DNA from: Escherichia coli
Lineage (GTDB): Bacteria; Pseudomonadota; Gammaproteobacteria; Enterobacterales; Enterobacteriaceae
DNA: 64,000 bases
Reading direction: 5' to 3' (one strand)
Assembly: GCF_009931435.1 (NCBI RefSeq)
Contig: NZ_CP043414.1
The notes under the pieces are model-generated. The model did no database searches. It was not told the DNA's origin and saw only the letters and a list, made by a program, of their open reading frames with translations. Shown here piece after piece: positions 27,150-38,269 of this stretch. The position numbers and the translations under genes were made by a program. Each line of letters starts with the position of its first letter. Position 1 is the stretch's first letter.

Positions 27150-29990
27150 ATGAAGCCGCTCTCTTCACCGTTACAGCAGTACTGGCAGACCGTTGTTGAG
27201 CGGCTGCCAGCGCCTTTAGCCGAGGAATCACTTAGCGCACAGGCGAAGTCAGTACTTACCTTCAGTGATTTTGTGCAGGACAGCGTAATTGCGCATCCAG
27301 AGTGGCTGACGGAACTGGAAAGCCAGCCGCCGCAGGCCGACGAATGGCAGCATTACGCTGCATGGTTGCAGAAGGCGCTCAGTGATGTAAGCGACGAAGC
27401 AGGGTTAATGCGCGAGCTGCGTCTGTTCCGGCGGCGCATTATGGTGCGCATTGCCTGGGCGCAAACGCTGGCACTGGTTACTGAAGAGAGCATATTGCAG
27501 CAGCTCAGCCATCTGGCGGAGACATTGATTGTCGCCGCGCGTGACTGGCTGTATGAGGCCTGCTGCCGCGAGTGGGGTACGCCCTGCAATGCGCAGGGTG
27601 AAGCGCAACCGCTGCTGATTTTAGGCATGGGTAAACTGGGCGGCGGGGAGCTGAATTTTTCCTCAGATATCGATCTGATTTTTGTCTGGCCGGAACATGG
27701 TTGCACGCAGGGCGGACGCAGGGAACTGGATAACGCTCAGTTCTTTACCCGCATGGGTCAGCGGCTGATTAAAGTGCTGGATCAACCAACGCAGGATGGT
27801 TTTGTTTATCGCGTGGATATGCGACTGCGTCCGTTTGGCGAAAGTGGCCCGCTGGTGCTGAGCTTTGCGGCGCTGGAAGACTATTACCAGGAGCAGGGGC
27901 GCGACTGGGAGCGATACGCCATGGTCAAGGCGCGGATTATGGGCGATAGCGACGGCGTCTATGCTAACGAGTTGCGTGCGATGCTGCGCCCGTTTGTTTT
28001 CCGCCGTTACATCGATTTCAGCGTGATCCAGTCGCTGCGCAACATGAAAGGGATGATTGCCCGTGAAGTGCGCCGACGCGGTTTGACCGACAACATCAAA
28101 CTTGGCGCGGGTGGCATTCGCGAAATTGAATTTATCGTTCAGGTGTTCCAGCTCATTCGCGGTGGGCGCGAGCCGTCGCTGCAATCCCGCTCTTTACTAC
28201 CCACTCTCAGCGCCATTGCCGCGCTGCATCTGCTTTCTGAAAACGATGCTGAACAATTGCGAGTGGCGTATCTGTTCCTGCGGCGTCTGGAAAACCTGCT
28301 GCAAAGCATTAACGACGAACAAACTCAGACGCTTCCTTCGGATGAGCTTAACCGTGCGCGGCTGGCATGGGCAATGGATTTCGCGGACTGGCCGCAACTG
28401 ACCGGGGCGCTGACCGGACATATGACCAATGTGCGCCGGGTGTTTAATGAATTGATTGGCGACGACGAAAGCGAAACTCAGGAAGAGTCGCTGTCGGAAC
28501 AGTGGCGTGAGCTGTGGCAGGATGCGTTGCAGGAAGATGACACCACGCCAGTGCTGGCGCATCTTAGCGAAGATGATCGCAAACAGGTGCTGACGCTGAT
28601 TGCTGATTTCCGCAAAGAGCTGGATAAGCGCACTATTGGGCCGCGAGGACGTCTGGTGCTCGACCATCTGATGCCGCATCTGCTAAGTGATGTCTGTGCG
28701 CGTGAAGACGCTGCTGTCACGCTGTCGCGCATTACGGCTTTGCTGGTGGGGATTGTTACCCGCACTACCTATCTTGAGCTGCTTAGTGAATTCCCCGCAG
28801 CGCTTAAGCATTTGATTTCGCTGTGCGCCGCATCGCCGATGATTGCCAGCCAACTGGCGCGTTATCCATTATTGCTGGACGAACTGCTCGATCCGAACAC
28901 TCTTTACCAGCCGACGGCGACGGATGCCTACCGTGATGAACTGCGCCAGTATTTGCTGCGCGTGCCGGAAGATGACGAAGAGCAACAGCTTGAGGCGCTG
29001 CGTCAGTTCAAACAGGCGCAACTTTTACGCATCGCGGCGGCGGATATCGCCGGTACGCTACCGGTAATGAAAGTGAGCGATCACTTAACCTGGCTGGCAG
29101 AAGCCATGATAGATGCTGTCGTACAACAGGCATGGGTTCAAATGGTTGCCCGCTACGGTAAGCCAAATCACCTGAACGAACGCGAAGGGCGTGGTTTTGC
29201 GGTGGTCGGCTACGGCAAGCTGGGCGGCTGGGAGTTAGGCTACAGTTCTGATCTTGACCTGATCTTCCTCCATGATTGCCCAATGGATGCGATGACTGAC
29301 GGCGAGCGGGAAATCGACGGGCGACAGTTTTATCTGCGTCTGGCGCAACGCATTATGCATCTGTTCAGTACGCGAACCTCTTCCGGCATTTTGTATGAAG
29401 TGGATGCTCGACTGCGTCCGTCCGGGGCGGCGGGAATGCTGGTGACATCTGCAGAAGCGTTTTCCGATTATCAGAAAAACGAGGCCTGGACGTGGGAACA
29501 TCAGGCGCTGGTGCGTGCGCGTGTAGTGTACGGCGATCCGCAGCTCACCGCGCACTTTGACGCGGTGCGTCGCGAGATTATGACGCTGCCGCGTGAAGGT
29601 AAAACTCTGCAAACGGAAGTGCGGGAAATGCGCGAGAAAATGCGCGCTCATCTCGGCAATAAACATCGCGATCGCTTTGATATCAAAGCCGATGAAGGCG
29701 GAATTACCGATATCGAATTTATTACCCAATATCTGGTGTTGCGCTACGCTCATGAAAAACCGAAGTTAACGCGCTGGTCAGACAACGTGCGTATTCTGGA
29801 GCTGCTGGCGCAAAACGACATTATGGAAGAGCAGGAAGCGATGGCGCTGACCCGTGCTTACACGACGCTGCGCGATGAACTTCATCATCTGGCATTACAG
29901 GAATTGCCGGGTCATGTGCCGGAAGATTGCTTTACCGCAGAGCGTGAACTGGTGCGGGCAAGCTGGCAGAAGTGGCTGGTGGAAGAATGA
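27150..29990 (+). CDS. glnE: Glutamine synthetase adenylyltransferase / adenylyl-removing enzyme
   Basis: ORF track 26946..29990; true start [13 protein letters not shown] at 27150 (946 aa); two nucleotidyltransferase domains. Confidence 0.95.
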   Translation: MKPLSSPLQQYWQTVVERLPAPLAEESLSAQAKSVLTFSDFVQDSVIAHPEWLTELESQPPQADEWQHYAAWLQKALSDVSDEAGLMRELRLFRRRIMVRIAWAQTLALVTEESILQQLSHLAETLIVAARDWLYEACCREWGTPCNAQGEAQPLLILGMGKLGGGELNFSSDIDLIFVWPEHGCTQGGRRELDNAQFFTRMGQRLIKVLDQPTQDGFVYRVDMRLRPFGESGPLVLSFAALEDYYQEQGRDWERYAMVKARIMGDSDGVYANELRAMLRPFVFRRYIDFSVIQSLRNMKGMIAREVRRRGLTDNIKLGAGGIREIEFIVQVFQLIRGGREPSLQSRSLLPTLSAIAALHLLSENDAEQLRVAYLFLRRLENLLQSINDEQTQTLPSDELNRARLAWAMDFADWPQLTGALTGHMTNVRRVFNELIGDDESETQEESLSEQWRELWQDALQEDDTTPVLAHLSEDDRKQVLTLIADFRKELDKRTIGPRGRLVLDHLMPHLLSDVCAREDAAVTLSRITALLVGIVTRTTYLELLSEFPAALKHLISLCAASPMIASQLARYPLLLDELLDPNTLYQPTATDAYRDELRQYLLRVPEDDEEQQLEALRQFKQAQLLRIAAADIAGTLPVMKVSDHLTWLAEAMIDAVVQQAWVQMVARYGKPNHLNEREGRGFAVVGYGKLGGWELGYSSDLDLIFLHDCPMDAMTDGEREIDGRQFYLRLAQRIMHLFSTRTSSGILYEVDARLRPSGAAGMLVTSAEAFSDYQKNEAWTWEHQALVRARVVYGDPQLTAHFDAVRREIMTLPREGKTLQTEVREMREKMRAHLGNKHRDRFDIKADEGGITDIEFITQYLVLRYAHEKPKLTRWSDNVRILELLAQNDIMEEQEAMALTRAYTTLRDELHHLALQELPGHVPEDCFTAERELVRASWQKWLVEE

Positions 29991-30037
29991 AGTATGGTAT
30001 TATCGCGCGCAAATTTTGAATCTCTCAGGAGACAGGA

Positions 30038-31471
30038 ATGAAAGTAACGCTGCCAGAGTTTGAACGTGCAGGAGTGATGGTGGTTGGTGATGTGATGCTG
30101 GATCGTTACTGGTACGGTCCCACCAGCCGTATCTCGCCGGAAGCGCCGGTGCCCGTGGTTAAAGTGAATACCATCGAAGAACGTCCGGGCGGCGCGGCTA
30201 ACGTGGCGATGAATATCGCTTCTCTCGGTGCTAATGCACGCCTGGTCGGGTTGACGGGCATTGACGATGCGGCGCGCGCGCTGAGTAAATCTCTGGCCGA
30301 CGTCAACGTCAAATGCGACTTCGTTTCTGTACCGACGCATCCGACCATCACCAAATTACGGGTACTTTCCCGCAACCAACAGCTGATCCGTCTGGATTTT
30401 GAAGAAGGTTTCGAAGGGGTTGATCCGCAGCCGCTGCACGAGCGGATTAATCAGGCGCTGAGTTCGATTGGCGCGCTGGTGCTCTCTGACTACGCGAAAG
30501 GTGCGCTGGCAAGCGTGCAGCAGATGATCCAACTGGCGCGTAAAGCGGGCGTTCCGGTGCTGATTGATCCAAAAGGCACCGATTTTGAGCGCTACCGCGG
30601 CGCTACGCTGTTAACGCCGAATCTCTCGGAATTTGAAGCTGTTGTTGGTAAATGTAAAACAGAAGAAGAGATTGTTGAACGCGGCATGAAACTGATTGCC
30701 GACTACGAACTCTCGGCTCTGTTGGTGACCCGTTCCGAACAAGGGATGACCCTGCTGCAACCGGGTAAAGCGCCGCTGCATATGCCAACCCAGGCGCAGG
30801 AAGTGTATGACGTTACCGGTGCGGGCGACACGGTGATTGGCGTCCTGGCGGCAACGCTGGCAGCGGGTAATTCGCTGGAAGAAGCCTGCTTCTTTGCCAA
30901 TGCGGCAGCTGGTGTGGTGGTTGGCAAACTGGGAACATCCACGGTTTCACCGATCGAGCTGGAAAACGCAGTACGTGGACGTGCAGATACCGGCTTTGGT
31001 GTGATGACCGAAGAGGAGCTGAAGCTGGCGGTAGCGGCGGCGCGTAAACGCGGTGAAAAAGTGGTGATGACCAACGGCGTCTTCGACATTCTGCACGCCG
31101 GGCATGTCTCCTATCTGGCAAACGCCCGTAAACTGGGTGACCGCCTGATTGTCGCTGTGAACAGCGATGCCTCCACCAAACGGCTGAAAGGGGATTCCCG
31201 CCCCGTTAACCCTCTCGAACAGCGTATGATTGTGCTGGGGGCACTGGAAGCGGTCGACTGGGTGGTGTCGTTTGAAGAAGATACGCCGCAGCGCTTGATC
31301 GCCGGGATCTTGCCAGACCTGCTGGTGAAAGGCGGCGACTATAAACCAGAAGAGATTGCCGGGAGTAAAGAAGTCTGGGCCAACGGTGGCGAAGTGTTGG
31401 TGCTCAACTTTGAAGACGGTTGCTCAACGACCAACATCATCAAGAAGATCCAACAGGATAAAAAAGGCTAA
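30038..31471 (+). CDS. hldE: Bifunctional heptose 7-phosphate kinase / heptose 1-phosphate adenylyltransferase
   Basis: ORF track 477 aa [27 protein letters not shown]. Confidence 0.95.
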   Translation: MKVTLPEFERAGVMVVGDVMLDRYWYGPTSRISPEAPVPVVKVNTIEERPGGAANVAMNIASLGANARLVGLTGIDDAARALSKSLADVNVKCDFVSVPTHPTITKLRVLSRNQQLIRLDFEEGFEGVDPQPLHERINQALSSIGALVLSDYAKGALASVQQMIQLARKAGVPVLIDPKGTDFERYRGATLLTPNLSEFEAVVGKCKTEEEIVERGMKLIADYELSALLVTRSEQGMTLLQPGKAPLHMPTQAQEVYDVTGAGDTVIGVLAATLAAGNSLEEACFFANAAAGVVVGKLGTSTVSPIELENAVRGRADTGFGVMTEEELKLAVAAARKRGEKVVMTNGVFDILHAGHVSYLANARKLGDRLIVAVNSDASTKRLKGDSRPVNPLEQRMIVLGALEAVDWVVSFEEDTPQRLIAGILPDLLVKGGDYKPEEIAGSKEVWANGGEVLVLNFEDGCSTTNIIKKIQQDKKG

Positions 31472-31564
31472 CCGGAAAGCGGTTCACAGATCTCGCTTCG
31501 AACCAGGCAGGCCTATTGACGCTGTTGTTTTTTCAACCTAAAGTAAAGGAACAAGGGTAAGGGA

Positions 31565-31700
31565 GGATTTCTCCCCCCTCTGAATTGGTTGTTAGTAAGT
31601 CGGGAAACTTAACAGTAACAACACAATCAGTATGATGACGAACTTCATCATAACCCTTTCCTTATACAAGGCCCCTTCCTCGGGAGGGGCTTTCCCGTTT
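31565..31700 (+). ncRNA. sib: Sib-type antisense sRNA overlapping ibs (antitoxin); ends approximate
   Basis: Inferred from ibs position; GC hairpin ccccttcc tc gggagggg plus ctttcccgttt at 31669..31700 as plus-strand terminator. Confidence 0.45.
31592..31651 (-). CDS. ibs: Ibs-family type I toxin, 19-aa hydrophobic peptide MMKFVIILIVLLLLSFPTY
   Basis: Read from minus strand: ATG ATG AAG TTC ... TAC TAA with aaggaaaggg SD; close resemblance to K-12 Ibs peptides (from memory). Confidence 0.7.
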   Translation of the reverse strand: MMKFVIILIVLLLLSFPTY

Positions 31701-31889
31701 CAGCCCCTTGCTGACTACCCGATTGTTGATGAGCGCCAGACCCCGCGCAATGCTTTCTCTTATGCAGTTTTCTCTTCCCCGAGTTGGCTCGCAAAACGCT
31801 GTAACAACCTGATCATTTGTACTTTTTAGCGGAACGCAGATATAAAAAATCCCCGGCTTTTTGGGCCAGGGATGTTCATAGTTGAAAAT

Positions 31890-33551
31890 TTATTCTATGT
31901 TTTCTGCGACGGGAGTTGTTGAGGTTAAGGGTGAAGTCAATGCCGCTAGCGAGCCGCCTGAAACACCGATTTCATTGAGTAAGGAGTCAATCAGCGGTGC
32001 CTGTGTGCGATAAGAAAGCGCGGCTGATAACGCTTGTTCCGCCAGATTTCCTCCACCAACGCTACCTGATATTGCATCCCCTGCGGTACCACCACGGTTC
32101 AGACCATCGACCTGAATAATCTTAATACCGTCGATAGACTTCATTGGTTCCACAGATTTCTCAATTACCGCAGGGAGCGCCTGCAACAATGCCAGTTTGA
32201 ATTTAAGGCTGGTTTGCTCGTCAGAAAGTACGTTGATAGCATCGTTCAGCGCACGTTGCGCTTCTGCTTCCGCCAGGCCTTTTTTACGCGTAGCTTCGGC
32301 TAACTCAACGATCGCCGCCGCCTGCATCTCTGCGGCTTCTTTTTCTGCTTTCGCCCGCACGGTCAGTTCAACCGCTTTGGTTTCTGCATCCTGCGCGGCA
32401 GCGATTAGGGCAACTTGTTTAGCACGATCGGCTTCTGCGGTCTGGCGAGTGGTTTCTACGTTTTGCTGGGCGCTTACCGCTTCTGCAAGTGCAAGGTTGG
32501 CACGCGCTTCCGCTTGTGACTGCTGTTCCGATTTGGCGGCAATAGCGATCGATTTCGTCTGGTTGGCGATTTCGGTGACCTGCTGCTGTTCGATCTCTTT
32601 AATGCGAACTTCACGTTCAGCTTCAACTTTTCTGGAACGGACGGCCTGTTCGCGGTCGATTTCCGTTTCCTGAATCTGTCGTTCAGCCAGAATTCGCGTC
32701 TGCTCTGCTTCCCGACGACGCTCGGCCTCAAAAGCCGCAATTTTCGCATTCTGCTCAGCGGTACGGGTTTTAACCTGCTGCTCCTGCTCAAGCGTCATAA
32801 ACGCTTCTTGCTGTTCAATCTCCAGCTTCCGCGATAGCGCATCACGGTTTTTCTCACGCACCGCAACTTCTACATCTTGTTCAACTTCGTTACGTTCGCG
32901 GCGACGGCGCTCCGTCTCCTGCGTCAGCTTGGTTAAACCTTCGGCGTCAAAGGCGTTGTTAGGATTGAAATGTTCTTTCGACGTCTGGTTAAAGTTGGTA
33001 AGTGAAACGCTTTCCAGTTCCAGGCCGTTTTTCGACAGATCTTCAGCAACGGTATTTTGTACGCCCTGCACGAAGTTCTCGCGGGTATCCTGTAACTCAT
33101 GCATGGTCATTTGTGCAGCTGTTGCACGGAGGGCATCGACAAATTTATCTTCAACCAACATACGTAAGTCTTCAGGCGACAGGGTGCGTTGCCCCAGCGT
33201 CTGGGCGGCGGTGGCAATACCTTCCACTGACGGTTTTACCCGCACAAAGAAAGCGACAACGACATCGACGCGCATACGATCTTTCGTAATCAGGCTATCA
33301 ATGGTTGAGCGGCTGACTTCCAGCTTCAGAGTATTCATATTGATGGGGATTATTTCATGAAAGATCGGCATCACGATTGCGCCACCGCTCATTACCACTT
33401 TTTGCCCACCTAAACCAGTACGAACAAAAGCTTGCTCTGCCGAAGCGCGACGATAGAGCCTGGCGAAAATAATTCCAATAATAAACAGAATGCATACGGC
33501 AATAATTGCGGTAAACATCCAGGAGGGCACAGAATTAACAATATCATCCAT
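31890..33551 (-). CDS. yqiK: SPFH/band-7 (flotillin-like) membrane protein
   Basis: ORF track 553 aa; N-terminal TM plus long coiled-coil. Confidence 0.85.
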   Translation of the reverse strand: MDDIVNSVPSWMFTAIIAVCILFIIGIIFARLYRRASAEQAFVRTGLGGQKVVMSGGAIVMPIFHEIIPINMNTLKLEVSRSTIDSLITKDRMRVDVVVAFFVRVKPSVEGIATAAQTLGQRTLSPEDLRMLVEDKFVDALRATAAQMTMHELQDTRENFVQGVQNTVAEDLSKNGLELESVSLTNFNQTSKEHFNPNNAFDAEGLTKLTQETERRRRERNEVEQDVEVAVREKNRDALSRKLEIEQQEAFMTLEQEQQVKTRTAEQNAKIAAFEAERRREAEQTRILAERQIQETEIDREQAVRSRKVEAEREVRIKEIEQQQVTEIANQTKSIAIAAKSEQQSQAEARANLALAEAVSAQQNVETTRQTAEADRAKQVALIAAAQDAETKAVELTVRAKAEKEAAEMQAAAIVELAEATRKKGLAEAEAQRALNDAINVLSDEQTSLKFKLALLQALPAVIEKSVEPMKSIDGIKIIQVDGLNRGGTAGDAISGSVGGGNLAEQALSAALSYRTQAPLIDSLLNEIGVSGGSLAALTSPLTSTTPVAENIE

Positions 33552-33577
33552 TATTAAATTTCCTTTTGATTAATAAA

Positions 33578-34207
33578 TTACAATATCTGGGGCCAGGGAT
33601 TGTTTTCCGCCAAATATCGCGTTGCAGAAAGTCGGCAAATAATTAACACTTTGTCTCCTTTAGTGAAAATTTTTCCTTCTTCAGGCTCTAGTAGTAAATA
33701 ATGTATTTGGCCAAATTGATCGGTGAGTTTTCCTTCGCAGGGATTACCTGAAGTGGCCTGATGACCGGTAATGAACGCCATGCTACCAATATATTCTTCT
33801 TCTGTAATAGCTGAACTATGGTCGCGTGGAATCCAGGGCGCAACTATTTTACCGGTATAATGCACCGCAATAATCGTAAACAGTAAACTGACAGGAGCCA
33901 CGAACAGGTTCGAGAGTGGTGATTGCCAAACCATGATGCAGGCATGCTGCAACAGGATGCCAATAAGACCAAAAAAACCAGCCAGTAAACAGAGAACGAC
34001 GAGAGCTGGCAATCTTCCGATATTGAGATAATGAAGTGCCTGGCTAATATGACCTGTGGTTATGGAATCATAATGGTCAAGATGTGCATCAAGAGCACCG
34101 GAGAGCATGTGACCGCAGATAAGCGCAAAAATTTCTAAAAGGCCGATCAACAGTACAAAGGAAATAGCGAAAAGATAAGGGGTGTTATAGTCGGCGAATA
34201 AAATCAT
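33578..34207 (-). CDS. yqiJ: NfeD-like inner-membrane protein, partner of YqiK
   Basis: ORF track 209 aa polytopic membrane protein upstream of yqiK. Confidence 0.8.
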   Translation of the reverse strand: MILFADYNTPYLFAISFVLLIGLLEIFALICGHMLSGALDAHLDHYDSITTGHISQALHYLNIGRLPALVVLCLLAGFFGLIGILLQHACIMVWQSPLSNLFVAPVSLLFTIIAVHYTGKIVAPWIPRDHSSAITEEEYIGSMAFITGHQATSGNPCEGKLTDQFGQIHYLLLEPEEGKIFTKGDKVLIICRLSATRYLAENNPWPQIL

Positions 34208-34475
34208 ATGTCACTCCAATGTCCATTTAGTGACGCAATATTTACTTTAGGATAGTTTCCTTGCTTACATTTATCTTTGTTAATAATAACACATGTTAGA
34301 GAGGTTCTGGAAGAGAAAGTCTTTTAATATGGTTTTTTATTTTTCACTAAAAAGTGTGATCGGGGACAATATATTTACGCACGTTATGTTTAAAGGCACT
34401 ACACTGATTGGGGAATACTGAAATCAGAAAAAGCATATGGCCTTAAAAGGTATGCGATAACCGGAGGATGTGCTT

Positions 34476-34676
34476 ATGGATCATAGTCTTAATTCTTTAA
34501 ATAATTTCGATTTCCTGGCGCGTAGTTTTGCCAGAATGCACGCAGAAGGTCGCCCGGTCGATATTCTAGCCGTTACTGGTAACATGGATGAAGAACATAG
34601 AACCTGGTTTTGCGCACGTTATGCCTGGTATTGCCAACAGATGATGCAAACCAGAGAACTGGAATTAGAACATTGA
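34476..34676 (+). CDS. glgS: Glycogen synthesis / surface-composition regulator
   Basis: ORF track 34470..34676; [25 protein letters not shown] from ATG 34476 with ggagg SD. Confidence 0.9.
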
Positions 34677-34680
34677 TATT

Positions 34681-34703
34681 ACGGGCCGTCTGGCCCGTTT
34701 TTG
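34681..34703 (+). terminator. Rho-independent terminator of glgS
   Basis: acgggccgtctggcccg followed by ttttt. Confidence 0.65.
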
Positions 34704-34710
34704 TGGTGCT

Positions 34711-35010
34711 TTATTCTGCTTTATCAACCGGCGGGATAGCCGGAGGAGATTGAAGTTCTGCTACCGGATTATTGCGCGCTTCCAGTTCGCTGATGCGTTG
34801 TTCCAGTAACGCCAGTTTTTCACGAGTCCGTAACAGGACTTGCGTCTGAACGTCGAATTCTTCGCGGCTTACCAGATCGAGACGCGTCAACTGCGCTTGT
34901 AGGGTTTGGCGGATTTTTTTCTCCACATCTTCCCCGAACTCCCTGATTCCTTTAGGCATTGATTCGTGAACCTGGCGAGCGATTTGCTCAATTTTTTTCG
35001 GGTCAATCAT
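34711..35010 (-). CDS. ubiK: Ubiquinone biosynthesis accessory factor UbiK
   Basis: ORF track 34711..35070; likely start [21 protein letters not shown] at 35010. Confidence 0.85.
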   Translation of the reverse strand: MIDPKKIEQIARQVHESMPKGIREFGEDVEKKIRQTLQAQLTRLDLVSREEFDVQTQVLLRTREKLALLEQRISELEARNNPVAELQSPPAIPPVDKAE

Positions 35011-35129
35011 TGTAGTTTCCCTGTACTGATAGGTGTTGAGTGCCATTGTAGTGCGATAAGGGTAAGTCATAAACCAGAATAATGTGAAGCTATGCGTTGC
35101 TGCCGCTAATCATTAGCGTTATAGTGAAT

Positions 35130-35383
35130 CCGCTTATTCTCAGGGCGGGGCGAAATTCCCCACCGGCGGTAAATCAACTCAGTTGAAAGCCCGCGAGCGC
35201 TTTGGGTGCGAACTCAAAGGACAGCAGATCCGGTGTAATTCCGGGGCCGACGGTTAGAGTCCGGATGGGAGAGAGTAACGATTCTGTCGGGCATGGACCC
35301 GCTCACGTTATTTTGGCTATATGCCGCCACTCCTAAGACTGCCCTGATTCTGGTAACCATAATTTTAGTGAGGTTTTTTTACC
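35130..35383 (+). ncRNA. FMN riboswitch (RFN element) in ribB leader
   Basis: Conserved RFN segments gcttattctcagggcggggcgaaattccccaccggcggtaaa ... ccggggccgacggttagagtccggatgggagagagtaacg; downstream hairpin and T-run. Confidence 0.85.
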
Positions 35384-36037
35384 ATGAATCAGACGCTACT
35401 TTCCTCTTTTGGTACGCCTTTCGAACGTGTTGAAAATGCACTGGCTGCGCTGCGTGAAGGACGCGGTGTAATGGTGCTTGATGATGAAGACCGTGAAAAC
35501 GAAGGCGATATGATCTTCCCGGCAGAAACCATGACCGTTGAGCAGATGGCGCTGACCATTCGCCACGGTAGCGGTATTGTTTGCCTGTGCATCACTGAAG
35601 ATCGCCGTAAACAACTCGATCTGCCAATGATGGTAGAAAATAACACCAGCGCCTATGGCACCGGTTTTACCGTGACCATTGAAGCGGCTGAAGGGGTGAC
35701 TACCGGTGTTTCTGCCGCTGACCGTATTACGACCGTTCGTGCTGCGATTGCCGATGGCGCTAAACCTTCTGATCTGAATCGTCCTGGCCACGTTTTCCCA
35801 CTGCGCGCGCAGGCGGGTGGTGTGCTGACGCGTGGCGGCCATACCGAAGCGACTATTGATCTGATGACGCTGGCAGGCTTTAAACCAGCTGGTGTGTTGT
35901 GTGAGCTGACTAATGACGATGGCACGATGGCGCGTGCGCCAGAGTGCATTGAGTTTGCCAAGAAACACAATATGGCGCTCGTGACTATTGAAGACCTGGT
36001 GGCATACCGTCAGGCACATGAGCGTAAAGCTAGCTGA
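35384..36037 (+). CDS. ribB: 3,4-dihydroxy-2-butanone 4-phosphate synthase
   Basis: ORF track 217 aa [42 protein letters not shown]. Confidence 0.95.
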   Translation: MNQTLLSSFGTPFERVENALAALREGRGVMVLDDEDRENEGDMIFPAETMTVEQMALTIRHGSGIVCLCITEDRRKQLDLPMMVENNTSAYGTGFTVTIEAAEGVTTGVSAADRITTVRAAIADGAKPSDLNRPGHVFPLRAQAGGVLTRGGHTEATIDLMTLAGFKPAGVLCELTNDDGTMARAPECIEFAKKHNMALVTIEDLVAYRQAHERKAS

Positions 36038-36299
36038 AAACCGCTGCTTAATTTACCGCGTTAATCAAGAAACCGAAGCTATTACTGGCTTCGGTTTTTA
36101 TTTTGCTCTTGTTATGCAAGATGTTAATTCCTCTTCTCTTTCTATGAGAAAATTTCATTAATATCAGGCATTCTTTTCCATTATGATCAAAATCATATAA
36201 TTGTTCCGTTATTATGCGACCATATGAATATATCCGAAAAAGGATATGTGAATTTTATGCGCTAAATGTTTAGTATTGTTAAATATTAAGGGTAAAAGG

Positions 36300-36470
36300 A
36301 TGTTTATCGCCTGGTACTGGATTGTATTGATTGCTCTGGTTGTGGTGGGTTATTTACTGCATTTGAAACGTTATTGTCGGGCGTTTCGTCAGGACAGAGA
36401 CGCACTGCTTGAAGCGCGGAATAAATACTTAAACAGTACGAGAGAAGAGACAGCCGAGAAGGTAGAATAG
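36300..36470 (+). CDS. Hypothetical small membrane protein (one TM helix, charged C-terminus); start could also be 36276
   Basis: ORF track 36276..36470; MFIAWYWIVLIALVVVGYLLHLKRY...; SD-like taaggg upstream of ATG 36300. Confidence 0.4.
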   Translation: MFIAWYWIVLIALVVVGYLLHLKRYCRAFRQDRDALLEARNKYLNSTREETAEKVE

Positions 36471-36527
36471 GGCTTTAGTGAAGCTGGCAGAAGTTGTCCA
36501 TGCGCTGGACAACTTCTGATGTTGCTT

Positions 36528-37301
36528 TTAACCAATTCCCGCCGTTTGTAGTAGCACTAAACTGAATCCCATCACTGACATTCCACATAGCACGCCATAG
36601 CTGGGGTTATTATTGGGGTCAATCTCTTTAGCTAGCGGCATTAATTCATCAACCGAGAGCGCCACCATAATTCCTGCAACCGCCGCCATGATTGCCGCCA
36701 TGACCACCGGAGAAATCATGCTACCGAGGATTAACCACGCCAGAACACCACCAAGAATTTCTGCCAGCCCAGAAATGCCCGCCCACAAAATTGCGGTGCG
36801 TTTTGACCCCGTTGCCGCGTAAACCGGCCCCGCAACTGCCAGACCTTCAGGAATATTATGCAATGCAACAGCCAGCGCGATGCCAAAGCCCAGCTCCAGG
36901 TTACTGCTCGCCGTGACAAAGGTGGCAATGCCTTCCGGGAAGTTATGCAGACTGATGCCGAGAGTGAGCAGAATGGCTGTGCGCTTGATCGATTTTGGCA
37001 ACGGCTGCACCGATTTTTGCATTAAATCCTGCGGATGCGCATGTGGCAACATGCGGTCCAGACCAAAATAGCCAAGCAGACCGAAGATAAACATTCCATA
37101 ACCCAGCACAGGCGACATTCCTTCGGCGGCTAATGCGGCAGGAAGCATTTCCATTAATGAGATGAGCAACATAATCCCCGCCGCAAATCCTAGCGAAAAC
37201 GCCAGTAAGCGGTTCGAGGGTTTTTGTCCGAGAACGCCGAGAAACGCGCCAATAAACGTGGCTGCCCCCGCCAGTATGGTCAGAATGAGAGGTACTGACA
37301 T
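36528..37301 (-). CDS. zupT: Zinc/metal transporter (ZIP family)
   Basis: ORF track 36528..37343; start [19 protein letters not shown] at 37301 with aaggag SD. Confidence 0.9.
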
Positions 37302-37443
37302 CGACAACTCCTTATAAATCTTTACCTTCAGGCAGATCGTCAAAATAACTGATGATCATCATCATTGTTATCCGGGTTCTTACTCCGCCGAACAAGCGTA
37401 TTGTGAGGATATCAAAATGACACCTTTAGTTAAGGATATCATC

Positions 37444-38232
37444 ATGTCTTCAACACGTATGCCAGCATTGTTTTTAGGTCACGGTAGTCCGATGAACGTG
37501 CTGGAAGATAATTTGTATACCCGCAGCTGGCAGAAGTTGGGGATGACATTGCCACGCCCGCAAGCGATTGTGGTGGTTTCGGCTCACTGGTTTACCCGTG
37601 GAACAGGAGTGACCGCGATGGAGACGCCGCCCACGATTCATGATTTTGGCGGTTTTCCGCAGGCGCTGTACGACACCCATTATCCTGCTCCGGGTTCGCC
37701 TGCGCTGGCACAGCGTCTGGTTGAGCTGTTAGCGCCGGTCCCTGTGACGCTGGATAAAGAAGCCTGGGGCTTTGACCACGGTTCCTGGGGCGTGCTGATT
37801 AAGATGTATCCTGACGCCGATATCCCGATGGTGCAGTTGAGTATCGACAGTACCAAACCTGCCGCCTGGCACTTTGAGATGGGGCGTAAACTGGCGGCTC
37901 TGCGAGACGAAGGAATAATGTTGGTCGCCAGCGGTAACGTGGTGCATAACCTGCGTACGGTGAAGTGGCACGGTGATAGTTCACCGTATCCGTGGGCGAC
38001 GTCATTTAATGAGTATGTGAAAGCGAATCTGACGTGGCAAGGACCGGTAGAGCAGCATCCTCTGGTGAATTATCTCGACCATGAAGGTGGCGCGTTATCG
38101 AACCCAACGCCAGAGCACTATCTGCCGTTGTTGTATGTCTTAGGTGCGTGGGATGGGCAGGAGCCAATTACCATTCCGGTCGATGGTATAGAAATGGGCA
38201 GTTTAAGTATGTTGTCGGTGCAGATAGGCTAA
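37444..38232 (+). CDS. ygiD: 4,5-DOPA dioxygenase extradiol-like protein
   Basis: ORF track 37417..38232; MSSTRMPALFLGHGSPMN. Confidence 0.85.
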   Translation: MSSTRMPALFLGHGSPMNVLEDNLYTRSWQKLGMTLPRPQAIVVVSAHWFTRGTGVTAMETPPTIHDFGGFPQALYDTHYPAPGSPALAQRLVELLAPVPVTLDKEAWGFDHGSWGVLIKMYPDADIPMVQLSIDSTKPAAWHFEMGRKLAALRDEGIMLVASGNVVHNLRTVKWHGDSSPYPWATSFNEYVKANLTWQGPVEQHPLVNYLDHEGGALSNPTPEHYLPLLYVLGAWDGQEPITIPVDGIEMGSLSMLSVQIG

Positions 38233-38238
38233 TAATTA

Positions 38239-38260
38239 CCGGATGGCGAGTGCCATCCGG
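38239..38260. terminator. Bidirectional hairpin between convergent ygiD and ygiC
   Basis: ccggatggc gagt gccatccgg. Confidence 0.55.
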
Positions 38261-38269
38261 TATCATGGC

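Noticed and set aside
31632-31829. 65-aa plus-strand ORF in the hldE-yqiK intergenic region
   Set aside because: Overlaps the ibs toxin ORF and probable Sib RNA terminator; no SD and no recognisable protein features
35396-36019. 207-aa minus-strand ORF overlapping ribB
   Set aside because: Antisense shadow of ribB
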